Origin: Chrysomallon squamiferum
Lineage: Eukaryota > Animalia > Mollusca
Reading direction: 5' to 3'
NCBI GenBank assembly: GCA_012295275.1
Contig: CM022665.1
Location: forward strand, 4,526,001 to 4,590,000
DNA: 64,000 bases
The notes beneath the pieces are model-generated. The model did no database searches. It was given only the letters and a program-made list of their open reading frames with translations, and had not been told where the DNA came from. A program made the position numbers and the translations under genes. Each line of letters opens with the position of its first letter. Within the stretch, counting starts at the first letter, position 1. Shown here one piece after another: positions 23,287 through 38,579 of this stretch.

Positions 23287-24411
23287 CTGAAAAACAAATA
23301 AATAAATTGAGAAGCAGCATACATCACTATCTTCGGTCTGTTGAATTGTTATTACAGTTGTGTTTTCATCGTCAGCTAAAAAAAATTAAAAAAAAATATA
23401 AAAAGAATTAGTGTTAATAACAAAATCTCAGTATTATGTAAAATTACTATACTATTTTTAGAGGTTTCTAAACCCTATTTTAAAGAAATTAGTATAAGCA
23501 AAACATATGAGTAAATATATTTCAGAGTAAATGAAATCCACCTCTTTTAAGTCGCATATCATCAGTAAAATAATTTGTATTGTAGCTGTAATATGAAAAA
23601 AAGATTTCAGTAAATGTTTTTCAGTTTAAATGAAAACTGCGCCTTACCTTTCAGCCGTAGGTTGTCAGGGAAAGAGTGAATAAAACTGTTGTTGTACTTG
23701 GCTACTTTATACTAAATTGGTGTTGTTATTTCTTGTTTGATCAGTGACAAAGTGTGAGAAGTTTAATGCAAAAATCCTGTTATTGCAATCTGTTGCAAAC
23801 ACCAAATTAATTGATAAATTCATGTATGAACAACAACATTAATTAATAAGCATTTTGATAAATACAGGTACTTTTAAAAACAATTTGGTTCCGCTAATTA
23901 TTGAAAAAAAAAAATAAATAAAGATAAATAAATAAAAAGTTTGAATATAATTGTTGTATGTTATATAGTTTCTAAAATTTTCAATACAAGATATTACCTA
24001 ACATATTTGCAGGTTTGTTTGAAATTGCATTTCTACTTAGTTTTTCATCAGAATTATAAAGGCTTATTTATTAACAAGAGATTTGAGATGAAAAACGAAT
24101 ACACTTATGTGATGTAATGAAAGATAATCAGAAATGAGTTAAAGCATATCTACAGTGTGATAGACATAATCGATACAACGAAGAAGATCAAAACACAGTC
24201 CAGTAGATTCTAAATACCTATTATTCATATTTTTGTTTAGTTCATTATCATTTTATTTAATTGGTAACATAGTCCTCTCTTTTCAAGTTTTCTTTCCTTT
24301 ATTTGTATATCTAGAGAGATATCTTTGCATTCACAGTTTGAATTTAAATAAAAAAAAGCAAAGAAATACTTTGTCTTTTAATTGATGCAAAAGATAACGT
24401 ATTCATGTTCT

Positions 24412-24506
<95 letters not shown>

Positions 24507-24568
24507 GTCTCTATCTTAAACGCAGTATCATATAGTCAGAGTTAGAAGAGATAAAAGCTATATCTTAC

Positions 24569-24768
24569 CTTTAAGTCTGAAATCGGTTATTCAGATAAAG
24601 AATAAATAAAAATGTTATATGCTCGGTATATTTATATTAAATTGGTGTTGTTATATTTTCACATAGACCAGAGAGAAAGAGTGTGAGAACATTTTACGGT
24701 GACCATCCTCTAAAACAGTTTTGTGAGAAAATTATTAATGTCAAGTTCCTGTTAAAACAATCTGTTGC
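24569..24768 (-). pseudogene. Orphan C-type promoter plus non-coding exon 1 (coding exons deleted)
   Basis: Upstream motif 24768-24747, TATAAA 24636-24631, donor after 24569 and the intron-1 (GA)n are all present. No C coding exons follow; only a remnant of the intron end near 24180-24230. Confidence 0.8.
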
Positions 24769-26010
24769 GACTGGTGAATTACTACGGTCACGTTACCGAT
24801 GGAGATGTTTTATAAAAGATTTCCAGAATTATTAGAGTAAACATAAGTAAATATTTTCCTGGACCTAATAATAAATTAATTATCTCTAATATTAGAGGAA
24901 CACATACAAAATATAATGTATTAGTCTTCTTCAGTTTTCCTTTCATTACTTTATTTTATTATCTTTTTCTTATTCTAATACAAATTACAGAATTTATAAT
25001 GTAGAAACGGTGGTTAAAATACCTGTTTGCTTGGCTAAGAAACAACAGTATGTGCAGGATTATTTTTTCTTTGTTATTTCTTTTCTTTTTTTCATTCTTT
25101 TTTTCATTCTTTTGTCTTTGTTTCGGTGTTCCTTTTTTGTTTTTGTTTTTTGTCGTATATTAGATATACAAGATAAGACATACATTTTTAGTAGCACGAC
25201 TTCATACTGTATGATGGAGTAGTCTTGAAGAAAATTTTAAATCTAAACCAGAAAAATGATTATTTAGAAGAAAGAGAAAAAAATTAAGATAAAACTGTAT
25301 TCATTTTCTAATAGATTAGTTTCTGTTATTCAAAGATTTATGTTTTCGGCTGGAACTATTTTGAATATCCAAATATATTAAAACCAATCAATGCAATTAG
25401 CAGGAACATAAAAATGGATGGATAAATAAATTATTAATAAATACATTTTTGATAATTATAAAAAATCGTATGACAATTATTTAGAGATTTGTATAGAGAA
25501 AACCTGGTTCAGTAACGTGACAAATTTGCCTTAAACTATTAATTAGCAACAGATTGTTTTAACAGGATCTTTGTATTGATGTTTTCACACTTACTTCTTG
25601 ATCAAAGCAGAAACAAAATCACCAATTTAGTATAAATGGATGGGCTGCTATAACTGTTTTATTAGCCTTTTATTTGTTCAGGAATCAGTTCAAAGGTAAG
25701 AACTATTTATATATTTTTTAATTTGTTCTGAAATAACTTTATTACGTTGGAAAATATAATCGGTTTTTCATTATGTTTGATCCATACGGATATTTCATGA
25801 ATTTTGAATATTTGAATATATAACTAATGATGGGAAACTGTTAACATAAATTAAGTCAAAGTCATTTTCACGTGAGTCGTATATAAATTCTGCTGCAGCA
25901 TTTTAAATAACAGATTTCAGCAAAGTAGAATGAAATTAACTTTTGTTGAAATATCTCAAGTAAGCTGAGCTAATCTTCTGGTTTTAAAATAAACCCTGAT
26001 TCTTCTTCAG

Positions 26011-27391
26011 ATGAGAATTGCTCTGCTTTTTGTTCTCGTTGCGGTGTTTGCTGTTCTAAACCAGGGCGATGCTTGGGGTCGGTTTCGAGTTAGAATTCGA
26101 TGGAGGCGAGTCAGAGATTGGGCAAAACGTGCAGCTGTAAACTGGGCTGCACAGAAAGCTGCAACATGGGCATTAGCTGCTGCTGGAAAGCGAGGTGCGT
26201 ATTCAGTCGATATTCCTATTCAAATTTTCTTTATTATTAAGTGTCCATCCTTGATTTCTTCTGTAAACACATTGTCAGAGAAAATAATAAATATTCCGCT
26301 TCGAAAGATTGTTTGACAGTGATTTCTGTTTGCAAACTTATGAAAAGCAAACTTTAACAGAAACGTTAATTAAAAATGAAGACTATTTTGATTCTACTTA
26401 ACAGCCGGTAGCATGGTCGTTTTCAATTTATTCATGTACATGTTGGTTATTAAGGAAATCAGATTTTAATGAAATTTATTTCAGATGTTTCGGATCTTGA
26501 CACGAACATGGACGGATTCCTCGACAAAGAGGAACTTGAGAAAATAATGAGTGAACGAGACGTTGAGGATTTCATGGATCTTGTTGACGAACACGGTAAA
26601 TTGTTTTTGTTTGAAAGGAAAATAATCAGAATTTGATTTGTCATCAAAACTATTTACTAAAACAATTTAATATAGCAGTAGGAAAATGAACCTTTAGTTT
26701 AGAAATCAAAGGAACTGAGAGAAAAATGTTATAGGCAACTTATTTATGAATATAATAATTTCATTCTGACCTCAACAATTTTTCCATATGAAACGCATAG
26801 CTCTAAATGTCTATTGATGACAAAACCTGATTCACTAAACAAATGATTTGCTTGGATTTTCAAAATAGTTACAGCTGAAAAATAAATATGCCTATTTTAA
26901 AATCTTAGTGGAGACTGTCAACGTGCTCGACTGAAGATGAACAAATGTTTTAAAAATACATTGTCGATAATATTCTATTCAGTCTAAATGTAAGAACAAT
27001 ACACTGATAATGATTGTCATCTTATGAAAGGTAATTTTGTGAATTTAAATAGGTAATACGTAGAACAAAGTCTTAAGTAAAATCTGTCCTATAAAGATCG
27101 ATAAAACTGTCACTGTTTGAGGTGACTGGCTTGTGACTGCTGATAAAATTCTAGAAGAAATGTGTAACAGGCTGAAAAAAATTAAATTCAAATTTATGAT
27201 TTTAAATGTAAATACCATTACAATATCCTTTTGTCATATTTATATTTAATGTTGATGACTTTAAGAAAAGGTTCTTGTTATTTCTTTTGTTGTTGTTATT
27301 GATGTTGTTTTTATTATTATTACTAGGAAACTCTCAGATTACAACTGACGACTTTCAGAGAGTTGTCAGAGAACTGAACGATATGCAATAA
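26011..27391 (+). CDS. Precursor subtype D copy 2 (119 aa)
   Basis: Exons 26011-26194, 26485-26595 and 27327-27391; same protein as D1. Confidence 0.92.
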
Positions 27392-28858
27392 AAAGAAGAG
27401 GTTTGTTTAAAATTTGAAAAATGTATCTTTTTAAAGTTTCTGTCTTCTTCTTCTTCTTCTACTTCTTCTTCTTGTTTTTTTTTTATATTTAAAATCGAAA
27501 AAATCATATTGAACTGTTTACCTTCTTCTTCTTCGTCCTTTTATTATTATCAGTGTTGATTTACCACCGTTGTTATTCTTAATCATTTTTAAAACATTAA
27601 AATTCCTGTACATTTTATGATCTAATAATTTGTTTTCTTTCTTTTGACAGACTGGACTGGAATAGAGAAGGAAGTTATTTAAAAATAAATTAAAACAATA
27701 AAATTGAAATGTTTTATTTTTTTGTTGATTTATGTTTGATTTTATATCTTTTATTCTTAGACAAATCGTAATTTCAAGAAGCTGGTTTCAGTGAATACTT
27801 TCATACCTATATGAATGATGAAAACATAAATCGTTTGCATTAGCTGTAAAAGCTCAACATGATTTAATGTTCATGAAGACAATTTTTGATAGCCAGAGAC
27901 CATTCATTATTTAGGTAAGGGGGTTTTGCTGAACAAAATAAAAATGTGTGCACGATAGTGAGAGAGTCACAAAGAAAATAAACTTTTAATTTGCTTTGTT
28001 TCTTTGTCATCTAGCATCCTCAAAGAATTCTGTTTCACCATTTTGCTTGCCGGTTTCCGCTCAAGATATAAAGGGAAGCTACTCCATCATAACAGATTTT
28101 AGCCTCTGTGTTTTTTCTAACAAAGCGATTCCATCAGGAAAGGAAACAGTCATCTTTCAAAAAACATTCATAGATCGAGGTAAACAGGCAGAATTTTTCT
28201 CAGTCTTTGCGAATGGGTGAACCATATGATACACACGAGGTGTGCAACTAGGAAACCCAAATAATCCGCCCCTGATAACCTCTGTGATGCATCGTACAAA
28301 TGTGAAGAAACCATACGTCTACACATACAAACACGAAATGTAATTGTCACTTCAATTTATTTAGCGAAAACACAGAAACGTTTTGCTACTGATGTGCTAT
28401 TTTGAGAAAGATAACATTATTGAGAACATCACAAATGATACAGACTAGCAGTTTAGCAGATTAAAAGTTGCGATTTATTAAATAACCTTATTTTAATATT
28501 GTAAGAGCGAAATCCAATTAACATTAATATTAAAAGTTGGAATATTTCATTGTTAAATAGAACAGTTACATAACTTTATGATAACAGATACACAGATTCG
28601 TAGTATGTTGTGTGTTGGTGTGAATCATCCAATCACGCCATCCATTACTAGTGGTTCATTTCAAGTGTCGTATCATCTGTTGAAGACATCCATTATTCCA
28701 GTGATACTGAACAGCTTGCTTCAGACCAGGAAGAATTAGTCTGCCAAAGTCCATTGAAACTAGGTTCACATAAACCCGTAAAATTCTGGATTTATTCAGT
28801 GTCATTTAATTCACAGTTCCGTGTATTGATCGTCAACAGAGGAAAGAAAAGAAAATTG

Positions 28859-29135
28859 ATGGTGTGGTCTAATGTGTCACTGGAACCTTGCATACATAAA
28901 TCCATTGTTGATGTTAATTTATCATCATCCGGACTGTCCCATGATTTATCGCCAACAGTGGATCTTTTGGATTACCTTGGTCAACGCATCTCACGTTGTC
29001 CACAAATGAAGAAACTTATAAAACTGGAAAACGTACTGCAGCAGGAGTGGAATGCTTTGTTCCAGAACACTGTTAGCAGTCCTATTAAGTTGAAGAGAAG
29101 AAGACGTTTCAGGTGGCGGTCATATGCGATATTCA
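28859..29135 (+). mobile_element. Decayed Tc1/mariner transposase fragment (copy)
   Basis: MVWSNVS ... LSHDLSPTVDLLDYLGQRISR ... LENVLQQEWNAL ... GGH. Further copies at about 43704-43900, 49553-49695, 56396-56490 and 61394-61510. Confidence 0.72.
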
Positions 29136-30229
29136 TTTGCCATTGTGTCTTTTATACGTACATGAATTAAAACTAATCACTGGTTGTGCATTCTTTTTTG
29201 TTTATCATTAACAGACATCCATTTATCGCTGTTCACAGCATAAACATTTGTTGCTCCGGTATACTTTTCAGAAAGAAACTCTTCTTTGCGACGCATTTTC
29301 GTGTGTTTGTGCGTGTGTCTGTGCGTGCACAGGCATTGTTTAGCTGACACCAAAAGAAGTAGAAAGAACGCACATAAGAGTAGGAAAAGTATTAATAAAA
29401 ATATTTTTTACGATTATACGATTATACGATTATACGACAATTATTAAATTCTATTAAACATCACCTTTGCATCACTGTTTTACCAGTTAATTGCTCAACA
29501 AAATGACCAAGTTTTGTTAAATTGAAACAGAATATGGAAATAATTAAAGTGCTGTTTAAGGTATGATCTAAAATTTACTTTTACACACAAAAAAACACAC
29601 ACACACACACAGACAAATATATACACAGAAACATGTATCTGATTTCTGCAAAACCTTTTATTGACGAATATATTTCGCTGTGTTCATGGGTAAACCCCTC
29701 TTAAACATTTTATTTAGGTTTTCATAAATCATAAAGCTACAGAGCAAAAAATAAATAAAAATAAAATAAAACACATTTTTTATTTTTACTTTTAAGTAAA
29801 AGAAAAGGAAAAAGAGAAAGACGAGTTTTCTGTAGTGAAGACACAACCATATTTCAACAAAACATTATTATTATTATAATTTTTTCTTCAAATAGTTAAA
29901 CATAATTTTCATCACTGTTAATACGGAAAAAAAAAAAAAAAAAAAAAAAAAACAACAACAACAAAGAAACATAAAAACTAAAAAAAAACTACCTTAAACC
30001 CCGATGAAATCAATGTAAAAGAAACACAAAAGGTATTTATTAAGCAATAAATAACTATGATTTTTTCAAATAATAATAATAATAATAAAGATAATAATAA
30101 TAATAAGAAGAAGAAGAAGACGAAGAAGAAGAAGAAGAAGAAGAAGAAAAATAATAATGATGATAATGATAATTATAATAATGGAGCCAGATCATATAAA
30201 AATAAAATAATATTATTTGACCAAAGTAC

Positions 30230-30264
<35 letters not shown>

Positions 30265-30292
30265 TGATGATGATGATGATGATGATGATAGA

Positions 30293-30466
30293 GGGTTGGT
30301 TCCAGTCTCAATGAGCCGACATCCACTGGTTGTGAGAGCGAGAAGAGGAAGCTCAGTGGATTTAAGCGGGATTTTGAACATAGAACGATCAAGATACGCC
30401 ATGAATCAAGAACGTCTTACTCAGTTCATGCAGAATTTGTCACTAAGTAAAACCACCATGGACTAA
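30293..30466 (+). pseudogene. Second duplicated 3' fragment of ORF2, with a +1 frameshift
   Basis: Matches 6942-7114 with one extra base near 30313-30320; preceded by (AAT)n(GAT)n. Confidence 0.88.
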
Positions 30467-31879
30467 GAGCGATGTTCTAATTAGTTGTATGTGTATACAA
30501 AGGACGAGGTCGTTTGTTATCTTTTACGTTCCATTAGACGTTAATATTTTATAAATATACGCTGTGGAAGAACTGAGGACTGCGACAAATACAGCTTTAA
30601 GATAAAGTAGCATTGTACGTTGATAAACATTTTAAACGATTACATCTTAGTATGCAAATTGTTAGCTTGTCTCTCTGTATTAAATAACTGTCTGTTTTTC
30701 TTCCATTGAATGTAAAATTGTAATAAGTTTTTATCTTGAATTTAAACAAGAAAAAATACACAAAAAAAAAAAAAACCCATTCTTAATTATTATTCTTATT
30801 ATCATCATCATCATCATCATGGTCATCATGCTGACGTTCTTCACCAATATGCACATGAAATTTATGAAATACATAGTGCTACAAAAGAGGTCAATCTATG
30901 ATATATCTAAAATTATTAAATAAGTTAATGTAAAATATACCATAAACCAGTGTACACTTCAAAGCTTATTGATTGTCTACAGTCATGATCCTAGAGGCAG
31001 AATTTCAATTCGTATTGTGTTTATTAGAAAAACAATACTCGGCTAATGTTATTTATTTATAACAGACGTGTTGAATTTCGAAGGTTGAGCCACCATGTGA
31101 TTGTTAAAGCACACATGATCATAAAGTCTTATGTAAAAACAAATGCGTTTTTCTGATACAGTACGTAGAAGTGAGGATATGATTATTTGTGAGCGAATTT
31201 GTGGTTATATTATCCACATAGCATACACATTTTACTGCCTTTTATTATTGCTTATTCTAAATACATTTTAATTTTCCTCTAAGGAAAAAACAACACAAAA
31301 AAATCAAAATTTATTATTATAAACATTATTTTCATTCCTTCATTTATTTATTTATTCGTTTTATTTATTTATTTATTTATTTGTTTCTTTGTTTGTTTGT
31401 TTAAGCTTAAGTGTTTCACGACTGCTGTACTCACCGAATGAAAAAGAAATATACACGTTGAAAAATAAAAGCTTTTATTATCAGTTTATAAGATCATAAT
31501 TTGATCGTTTCATTTATTTTTGATGACTCTTTTCTTGGTCAAACTGTTGTAACTGCTGTAAGAGAAAGAGAAAAAAAAGGTAATTAAATGTAAAATCACA
31601 AAACAATAAGAACTTGTTTAAACGTATACATTAAGACTACATTTCTGTCAGTCTTATATTTTCGAGGTACGTATAATTTTATTATTATTATTTTTTTTTC
31701 TTTTATTATTCGTTCTTTTTTATATTCTAATCCTTTTTTATTTTGGTTTTTATTATCTTAAAATTTTCTGTTTGCTGTCAAAATAAATAATAAATAAATA
31801 ATATTAAACAGTCTTTAATGAGAGTTATTGATATATAAAAATATATAAAAAAAGAATCAAATACAAACCTCTTTTTTTA

Positions 31880-32498
31880 TTATTCCATTTCATTCAGTTC
31901 ACGAAGCATTCGCTGGAAGTCATCAGTAGAGATCTCAGAGTTTCCTGAAAAAAAGAAAAAAAAAATAATATATATATATATATATATATATATGAATAAC
32001 AATATATTTCATCATTTTGTACTAATTATATTAGTTGTTCTTTACGCATTAAAGCTGAGACAAAATTAAGTAAATATTTACCAAGTTTATCATTTTTACT
32101 TTAACACCCGTGTGATAAATAACTTCTGTGCAATGCGCTATATCTTAAAAACCTTTCCATCCTACTGACACATTTAATTTAATTTTTCCTTAATGCTGCT
32201 GATTGGAGAGTGAAAATGTTTCTAGTTTTTGTTTACCTTCCTCGCCAATAAATTCCATGAAATCATCAGCGTCTCGTTGACTCATTATTTGTTCAAGTTC
32301 TTCATGGTTCAGGATTCCGTCCATGTTCGTGTCGATCTCCGAAATATCTGTAACAAATAGCTAAAGTCTCAAGTTTTATTTATAAAATTTTATTAATAAA
32401 CGACGCTTTTATTACAAGAATTTGTCGAACCATAATCAAATAGAATGTATTGATACTTTGTATGCATACATTGTTATGGAATCTCTCTGTTTTTACAA

Positions 32499-32529
<31 letters not shown>

Positions 32530-32801
32530 GACAAGCACACACACACACACATGTAAATACTGAAGAATGTTTATTCATTTTTAACAAGAACTAAAACTAA
32601 AACTATTTTAGAAAACCAACCTCGTTTTCCTTGGCTTGCAAGCCAGTCCTTTGCCTTCCTCTTAGCCCAGTCTAAAGCTTGACGTTTTGCCCAGTCCCTG
32701 ACTCGCCTCCATCTGATTCGAATACGAAACCGACGCCAAGCATCGCTCTCGTTTAGAAAACAGAATGCCGCTACGAGTACAAGAAGCAGAGCAAGTTTCA
32801 T
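31880..32801 (-). CDS. Precursor subtype A copy 3 (118 aa)
   Basis: Exons 32801-32621, 32347-32237 and 31944-31880. Mature peptide as in A1; the propiece has R->Q (IMSQRD). Confidence 0.92.
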
Positions 32802-35163
32802 CTGAAAAACAAATAAATAAATTGAGAAGCAGCATACATCACTTTCTCCGGTCTGTTGAATTGTCTTTTTCCTCTAATTTTGGAAAAAAAAAAAGTATTA
32901 TGTAAAATTATTATAGTATTTTTAGATGTTTCTAAAACCTGTTTTAAAGAAATTAGTCTACGCAAAATGTATCAGTAAATATATTTCAGAGTAAATGAAA
33001 TCAACCCATTTTAACTCGCAGATCATCAGAAAAAAAATGTGTATTGTAGCTGTAATATGAAAAACAAAATTCATTAAATGTATTTCCGTTTAAATCAAAT
33101 CTGTGCCTTACCTTTCAGCCGTAGGTTGTCAGGGAAAGAGTGAATAAAACTGTTGTTGTACTTGGCTACTTTATACTAAATTGGTGTTGTTATTTCTTGT
33201 TTGATCAGTGACAAAGTGTGAGAAGTTTAATGCAAAAATCCTGTTTTGCAATCTGTTGCAAACACCAAATTAATTGATAAATTAATATATGAAGAACAAC
33301 AATTAATTAATAAGCATTTTGATAAATACAGGTACTTTTAAAAACAATTTGGTTCCGCTAATTATTGAAAAAAATAAATAAATAAAGATAAATAAATAAA
33401 AAATTTGAATATAATTGTTGTATGTTATATAGTTTTTAAAATTTGTATTACATGATATTACCTGACATATTTGCAGGTTTGTTTGAAATTGCATTTTTAC
33501 TGAGTTTTTCATCAGAATTATAAACTCTTCTATATAATTTATTTCCACAAAGTGTATGGGTTTCTTGTTATCAGTAAATACAACATTGCTTCATAGAAAA
33601 TACATTAGACCGACCATCTAAGAGTCAAATCATAATAAAAATTTAAAGAAAAATAAGATAATCACAAATTTTTTTTTTATATGAACAATTAAAAAAATAA
33701 TTAAGAAACGTTATAGGAATTTGATAAAAAATAACAGGATTTTAAAAAAAAATTTGATTCTGTGAATTATTACCAAAATAAAATCAGAATAAATTTAAAC
33801 TATTCCAAAACATAATCGATAAACGAAGAAAAACAAAATACGTAATTAAACGTGTTTAACCTTTGTAACATCCCTTGATCCCCCATTCATTCTTTTTTTT
33901 TTTTGTATCAATTTATTCTCAAGAATTTTCATGACTTAGGATCCAGAATGGAAAACAGATACAATCATTATATACTGCGAGATTTTCAAATATTACTTCG
34001 AAAATACCAATATAATTATATTGTTAGTTCATAGTGCTGAAAAAGTGACAGTTGTAGTTTGTTTTATACCCATACAAACACAAACACACACAGACACAGA
34101 GACGTACAGAGCCATTTAACTACTCAGATACATTCACGCCTGCACACATACACACACACACATCCACCCACCCACCCACACACCCATCCACAGAAGCAGA
34201 CATACGAATTACTCACACACATACATGGTACATACAAACACTTTTGTACAGATATGAATATGCAAAGATTATAACTATGCATATTAAAATATTCATTACT
34301 GACGGAAACCAATCAATTTAAATAAGAATACTAAAGCAAAAAATTAGAAAACATATTCTTTTCATGAAAGTATTGCGAACAGTATAATATATGTATGCGT
34401 ATATGTGAACTAAAAACAACAGAGATAACAAGAACACAAACAAGAGTAAGAAAACTACTGATACATTTCTGACAGTTGTTATAAAATGAAATGATGCGGC
34501 GACTGTTTTCAGATTTGTTTACAGAAAATCGCCTACAGCAAAATAACAGTTTTTACTGAGACTATTAATTAGCAACAGACTGGATTAACAGGACCTTTGT
34601 ATTTATGTTTTCACACTTACTTGTTGATGAAATCAGATATGAAATCACCAGTTTAGTATAAATTCGTGGACAGCTATTAAAGTTACAGTCGCTTTTTTTC
34701 TCTCAGAAATCGATTTACACTTAAAAGGTAAAAAACATATCTTTTTCATTTGCTCAGAAATTACTTAATTTGAAATCTGTTAGTGTTGCCATTTTGATTT
34801 ATCTAATTTGAATAACTTAATCATTTATATAACGAGTAACAAAAATGAATGTTGTACTGAGGACTTCATATATCATTTGTCGTAGATACGACTTTCACCT
34901 AAATAGTACACACACTTTGCTGTTGCATTTTAGGTAACAAAGAATATACATTATTTGCCAGTGTCAGTAGCTATCGAACAGTTTTTATTTTTGAGCTTTG
35001 TAAATTAAGATTCTGTATTCTAGGAAATAACAAGTGTAGCACGCATCACATGTTCCTAAAATGTGTGTTTTTAGAGAAACCTGAACACATAGTTAAAGAT
35101 GGGTTTGTCTGGGTAAGTCCGGCTATTTGTTTGGTTTTAAAATAAACGCTGATTCTTCTTCAG

Positions 35164-36167
35164 ATGAGAATAGCTTTCCTCTTTGTGCTCGTTGCGGTGT
35201 TTGCTCTTCTAAACCAGGGTGAAGCTTGGCGTCGGTTTCGTATTAGAATTCGATGGAGGCGAGTCAGGGATTGGGCAAAACGTGCAGCTGTAAACTGGGC
35301 TCTAAAGAAAGCAGCAACATTGGCAGTAGCGGCTGCTGGAAAGCGAGGTATGTGTGCTCAATTTAGATTCTTATTAAAATTAAATACGTTTTCTTTATTA
35401 TTATGCGTCCATACTAGGTATTTCTTGTATATATTTTGAAACAGAAAGGTTACCGTTGTCCCAAAACTTGTTTTACAGTGATTTTTGTTCCTGCACCAAA
35501 TTTAAATTGAACCGAATATCTAAAAGATTAATTTACGCTATCCTGTTTCTGCTTCACTATTAGTTGAGTCCTCTTATCCACTGTATTGTGTATATCTGAT
35601 CATAATATAGGAAATATCATTTTTATGGAATTTATTTCAGATGTGTCTGGTCTTGACACGAACATGGATGGATTTCTCGACAAAGAGGAACTTGAGAAAA
35701 TAATGAGTGAACGAGACGTTGAGGATTTCATGGATCTTGTTGACGAGAACGGTAAATTTATTCTTAATTTATAAACAAACTAATCAGGATTTGATTGATC
35801 AACAACGGCGTTTAGCGAAATAATTTAATATATTAGTTCTTCTAAAGAAATGACCTTGCTGGAGTTTGAAAATAACTGCACAGAACTCATGATAATGATC
35901 ATCATCATATCAAAGATGACTGCTGATAGATTGAGAGAAATTAAATTCAAGTAAAAAAACAAATTCTGTGATTTAAAATGTAAATACCATAACAACATCC
36001 ATATGTCATGTTTATATTTAATATTTACTGACTTTAAGAAAAGGTTCGTGTTGTTGTTGTTATGGTTGTTGTTGATGTTTTTATTATTATTATTATTACT
36101 AGGAAACTCTCAGATTACAACTGACGACTTTCAGAGAGTTGTCAGAGAACTGAACGAGATGCAATAG
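35164..36167 (+). CDS. Precursor subtype B copy 2 (119 aa)
   Basis: Exons 35164-35347, 35641-35751 and 36103-36167; mature peptide as in B1. Confidence 0.92.
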
Positions 36168-36982
36168 AAAGAAGAGGTTTGTTTAGAATTAGAAAAATGT
36201 GTCTTTTTAAAGTATCTGACTGCTTCTTCTTCTTCTTCTTGTTTTTTGTTAATATTTAAAAACCAAAAAAGTCATATTGAACTGTCTGCCTTCTTCTTCT
36301 TCGTCATTTTATTATTATCAGTGTTGATTTACCACCGTTGTTATTCTTATTATTGTTATCATCCACAACTAAAATTCTTAATCAATTTTAAAACATTAAA
36401 ATTCCTAAATATTTTATGATTTAATTATTTGTTTTATTTCTTTTAACAGACTGGACTCGAATAGAGAAAGGAAGGTTTATAAAAATAAATTAAAACAATA
36501 AAATTGCAAATGTTTTAGTTTTTTGTTGATTTTTATTTTATTTTATATCTTTTATTTTTAGACAAATCGTAATATCTAGAAGCAGGTTTCAATCTCTACT
36601 TTCATACACATATGAATCATGAAAACATAAATCGTTTGTGTTAGTTGTAAAAGCTCAACACTTAAACGTTTTTCTTTTGGTTTCCACAAATTATAAAGCT
36701 GCAGATGAAAAAAAAAATAATAATAAAAAAATAATTAAAACAAAATTAAAGTAAGAGAAAAGGAAAAAAGAGAAAAACGACAAATCGTATGTTGTTGTTT
36801 TTTGTTGTTGTTTATTTTAAACAGACTAAAACAAAACAAAAAAGTATGCCTGTATATTTGTTTATTTTTATTCAGTTTGTGGGGTTTTTTTATTTTACAA
36901 AAGATCTTCATGTTGTTTCGAGAATAATCTGTCAAAGAAAAAAATATATGATTGATTGAAACACATAAATACTTAAACAAAG

Positions 36983-37017
<35 letters not shown>

Positions 37018-37423
37018 CTTTTCAAATAAACATAGTTTTGATCAATGTCAATATGGAAAAAATATAAAATCATAACAAAATCGCACAAAAACAGCAGAAG
37101 CAAATACATTTTAAAAATAAGCAAAAACAAAACCTTTATGTACACCCCTCCAACAAAAACCCGATGAAATAAATATCAACGAAACATAAAAACTATTTAT
37201 TAAGCAGTCAATAACTATTATTTTTTTAAATAGTACAACAACAGCAACAACAACAACAACAATCACAGTACTAATAAGAAGAAGAACAACAATAATAACG
37301 ATCACGATGATGATGGAGCCGAATAATATTTTAAAATATCGAATAAAATAGTAAGAATAGTAACGGGTATTTTAAATGAGACGTATCAATAAAAAAATCA
37401 AATCAAACGAACCTCTTCTGTTT

Positions 37424-38264
37424 CTACTCCATTTCACTTAGATCTCTGACCATTCTCTGAAATTCGTCAGTCGTAATGTGTGCATTGTCTAAAACAAACA
37501 AACATAAATAAATTTTAATTTCCATTAAATATCAAATTTGAAAGAAAAAGAAGAAAAAATCATTACCCTTTATTATACATTTTAAATCACCTTAACCTTT
37601 ATGGAAATAAAAATGCATATTTCAGATTGACACAGTTATTATTTTCTTTCATTTTCAGAACTTTTTCATTAAATAATTTACATTTGTAATATTGTTTATG
37701 ATTAATGGTAGACTTCTATTTCACGTTAAAAATAGGTTTACCTTCGTCAACAAGAGCCAACAAATCCTCAGCATCTCGACGACTCATTATTTTCTCAAGT
37801 TCTTCTTGGTCTAAGAGTCCATCATTGTTGGTGTCGATCTCAGAAATATCTGAAACAAATATATATTATACATAAATTATAACTGTATTTTCCATTGAAA
37901 ATATCAACTGACTTGACAGTTAAGGTTTACCTCTGACATTAGATTGTTCTGGATTTTTATTTTTCCTCACTTCTGAAGCAAACGTGTACGACATAATTCT
38001 GTTCAGTAGCTAAAGATAAAAATTTAATACTTTTTCCAGACTTAAATTTTACGTAAACTAAATGGAACTTCCTTTCCAGTGCATACCTCGCTTCCCATTA
38101 GCAATCCAGTCTTTTCCTTTTCTGTAAGCCCAGTCTAGAGCTTTACGTTTTGCCCAATCTCTGACCCTTCTCCATCGGATTCTGATACGGAAACGACCCC
38201 AGGCATCAGCCTCGTTCAGGACAGCGAATACCGCTACGAGTACAAGGAGCAGGGCAACTCTCAT
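37424..38264 (-). CDS. Precursor subtype C copy 2 (116 aa)
   Basis: Exons 38264-38087, 37849-37742 and 37488-37424; same protein as C1. Confidence 0.92.
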
Positions 38265-38471
38265 CTGAAGAAGAACAAAATACGTTTTAGAACATCTCAC
38301 AGTCCAGTAGGTTCTGAAGGTTAAAATTAAATACTATCTGAAGGTCAACAATATATTTGACCTACTGTTCATAGTTTTCTTAAATTTATGGTTATATAAC
38401 TACATAGGTACAATCATGCCTGCGCGCACACACATCTGAAGAAGAACAAAATACATTTTTTTATTTCATTA

Positions 38472-38579
<108 letters not shown>

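Noticed and set aside
28754-29170. 138-aa ORF and related spacer ORFs (28168, 42987, 48849, 49364, 55399, 55786, 56262) as genes
   Set aside because: Decayed Tc1 or spacer sequence. Recurrence is explained by segmental duplication, and reading frames are broken in other copies.
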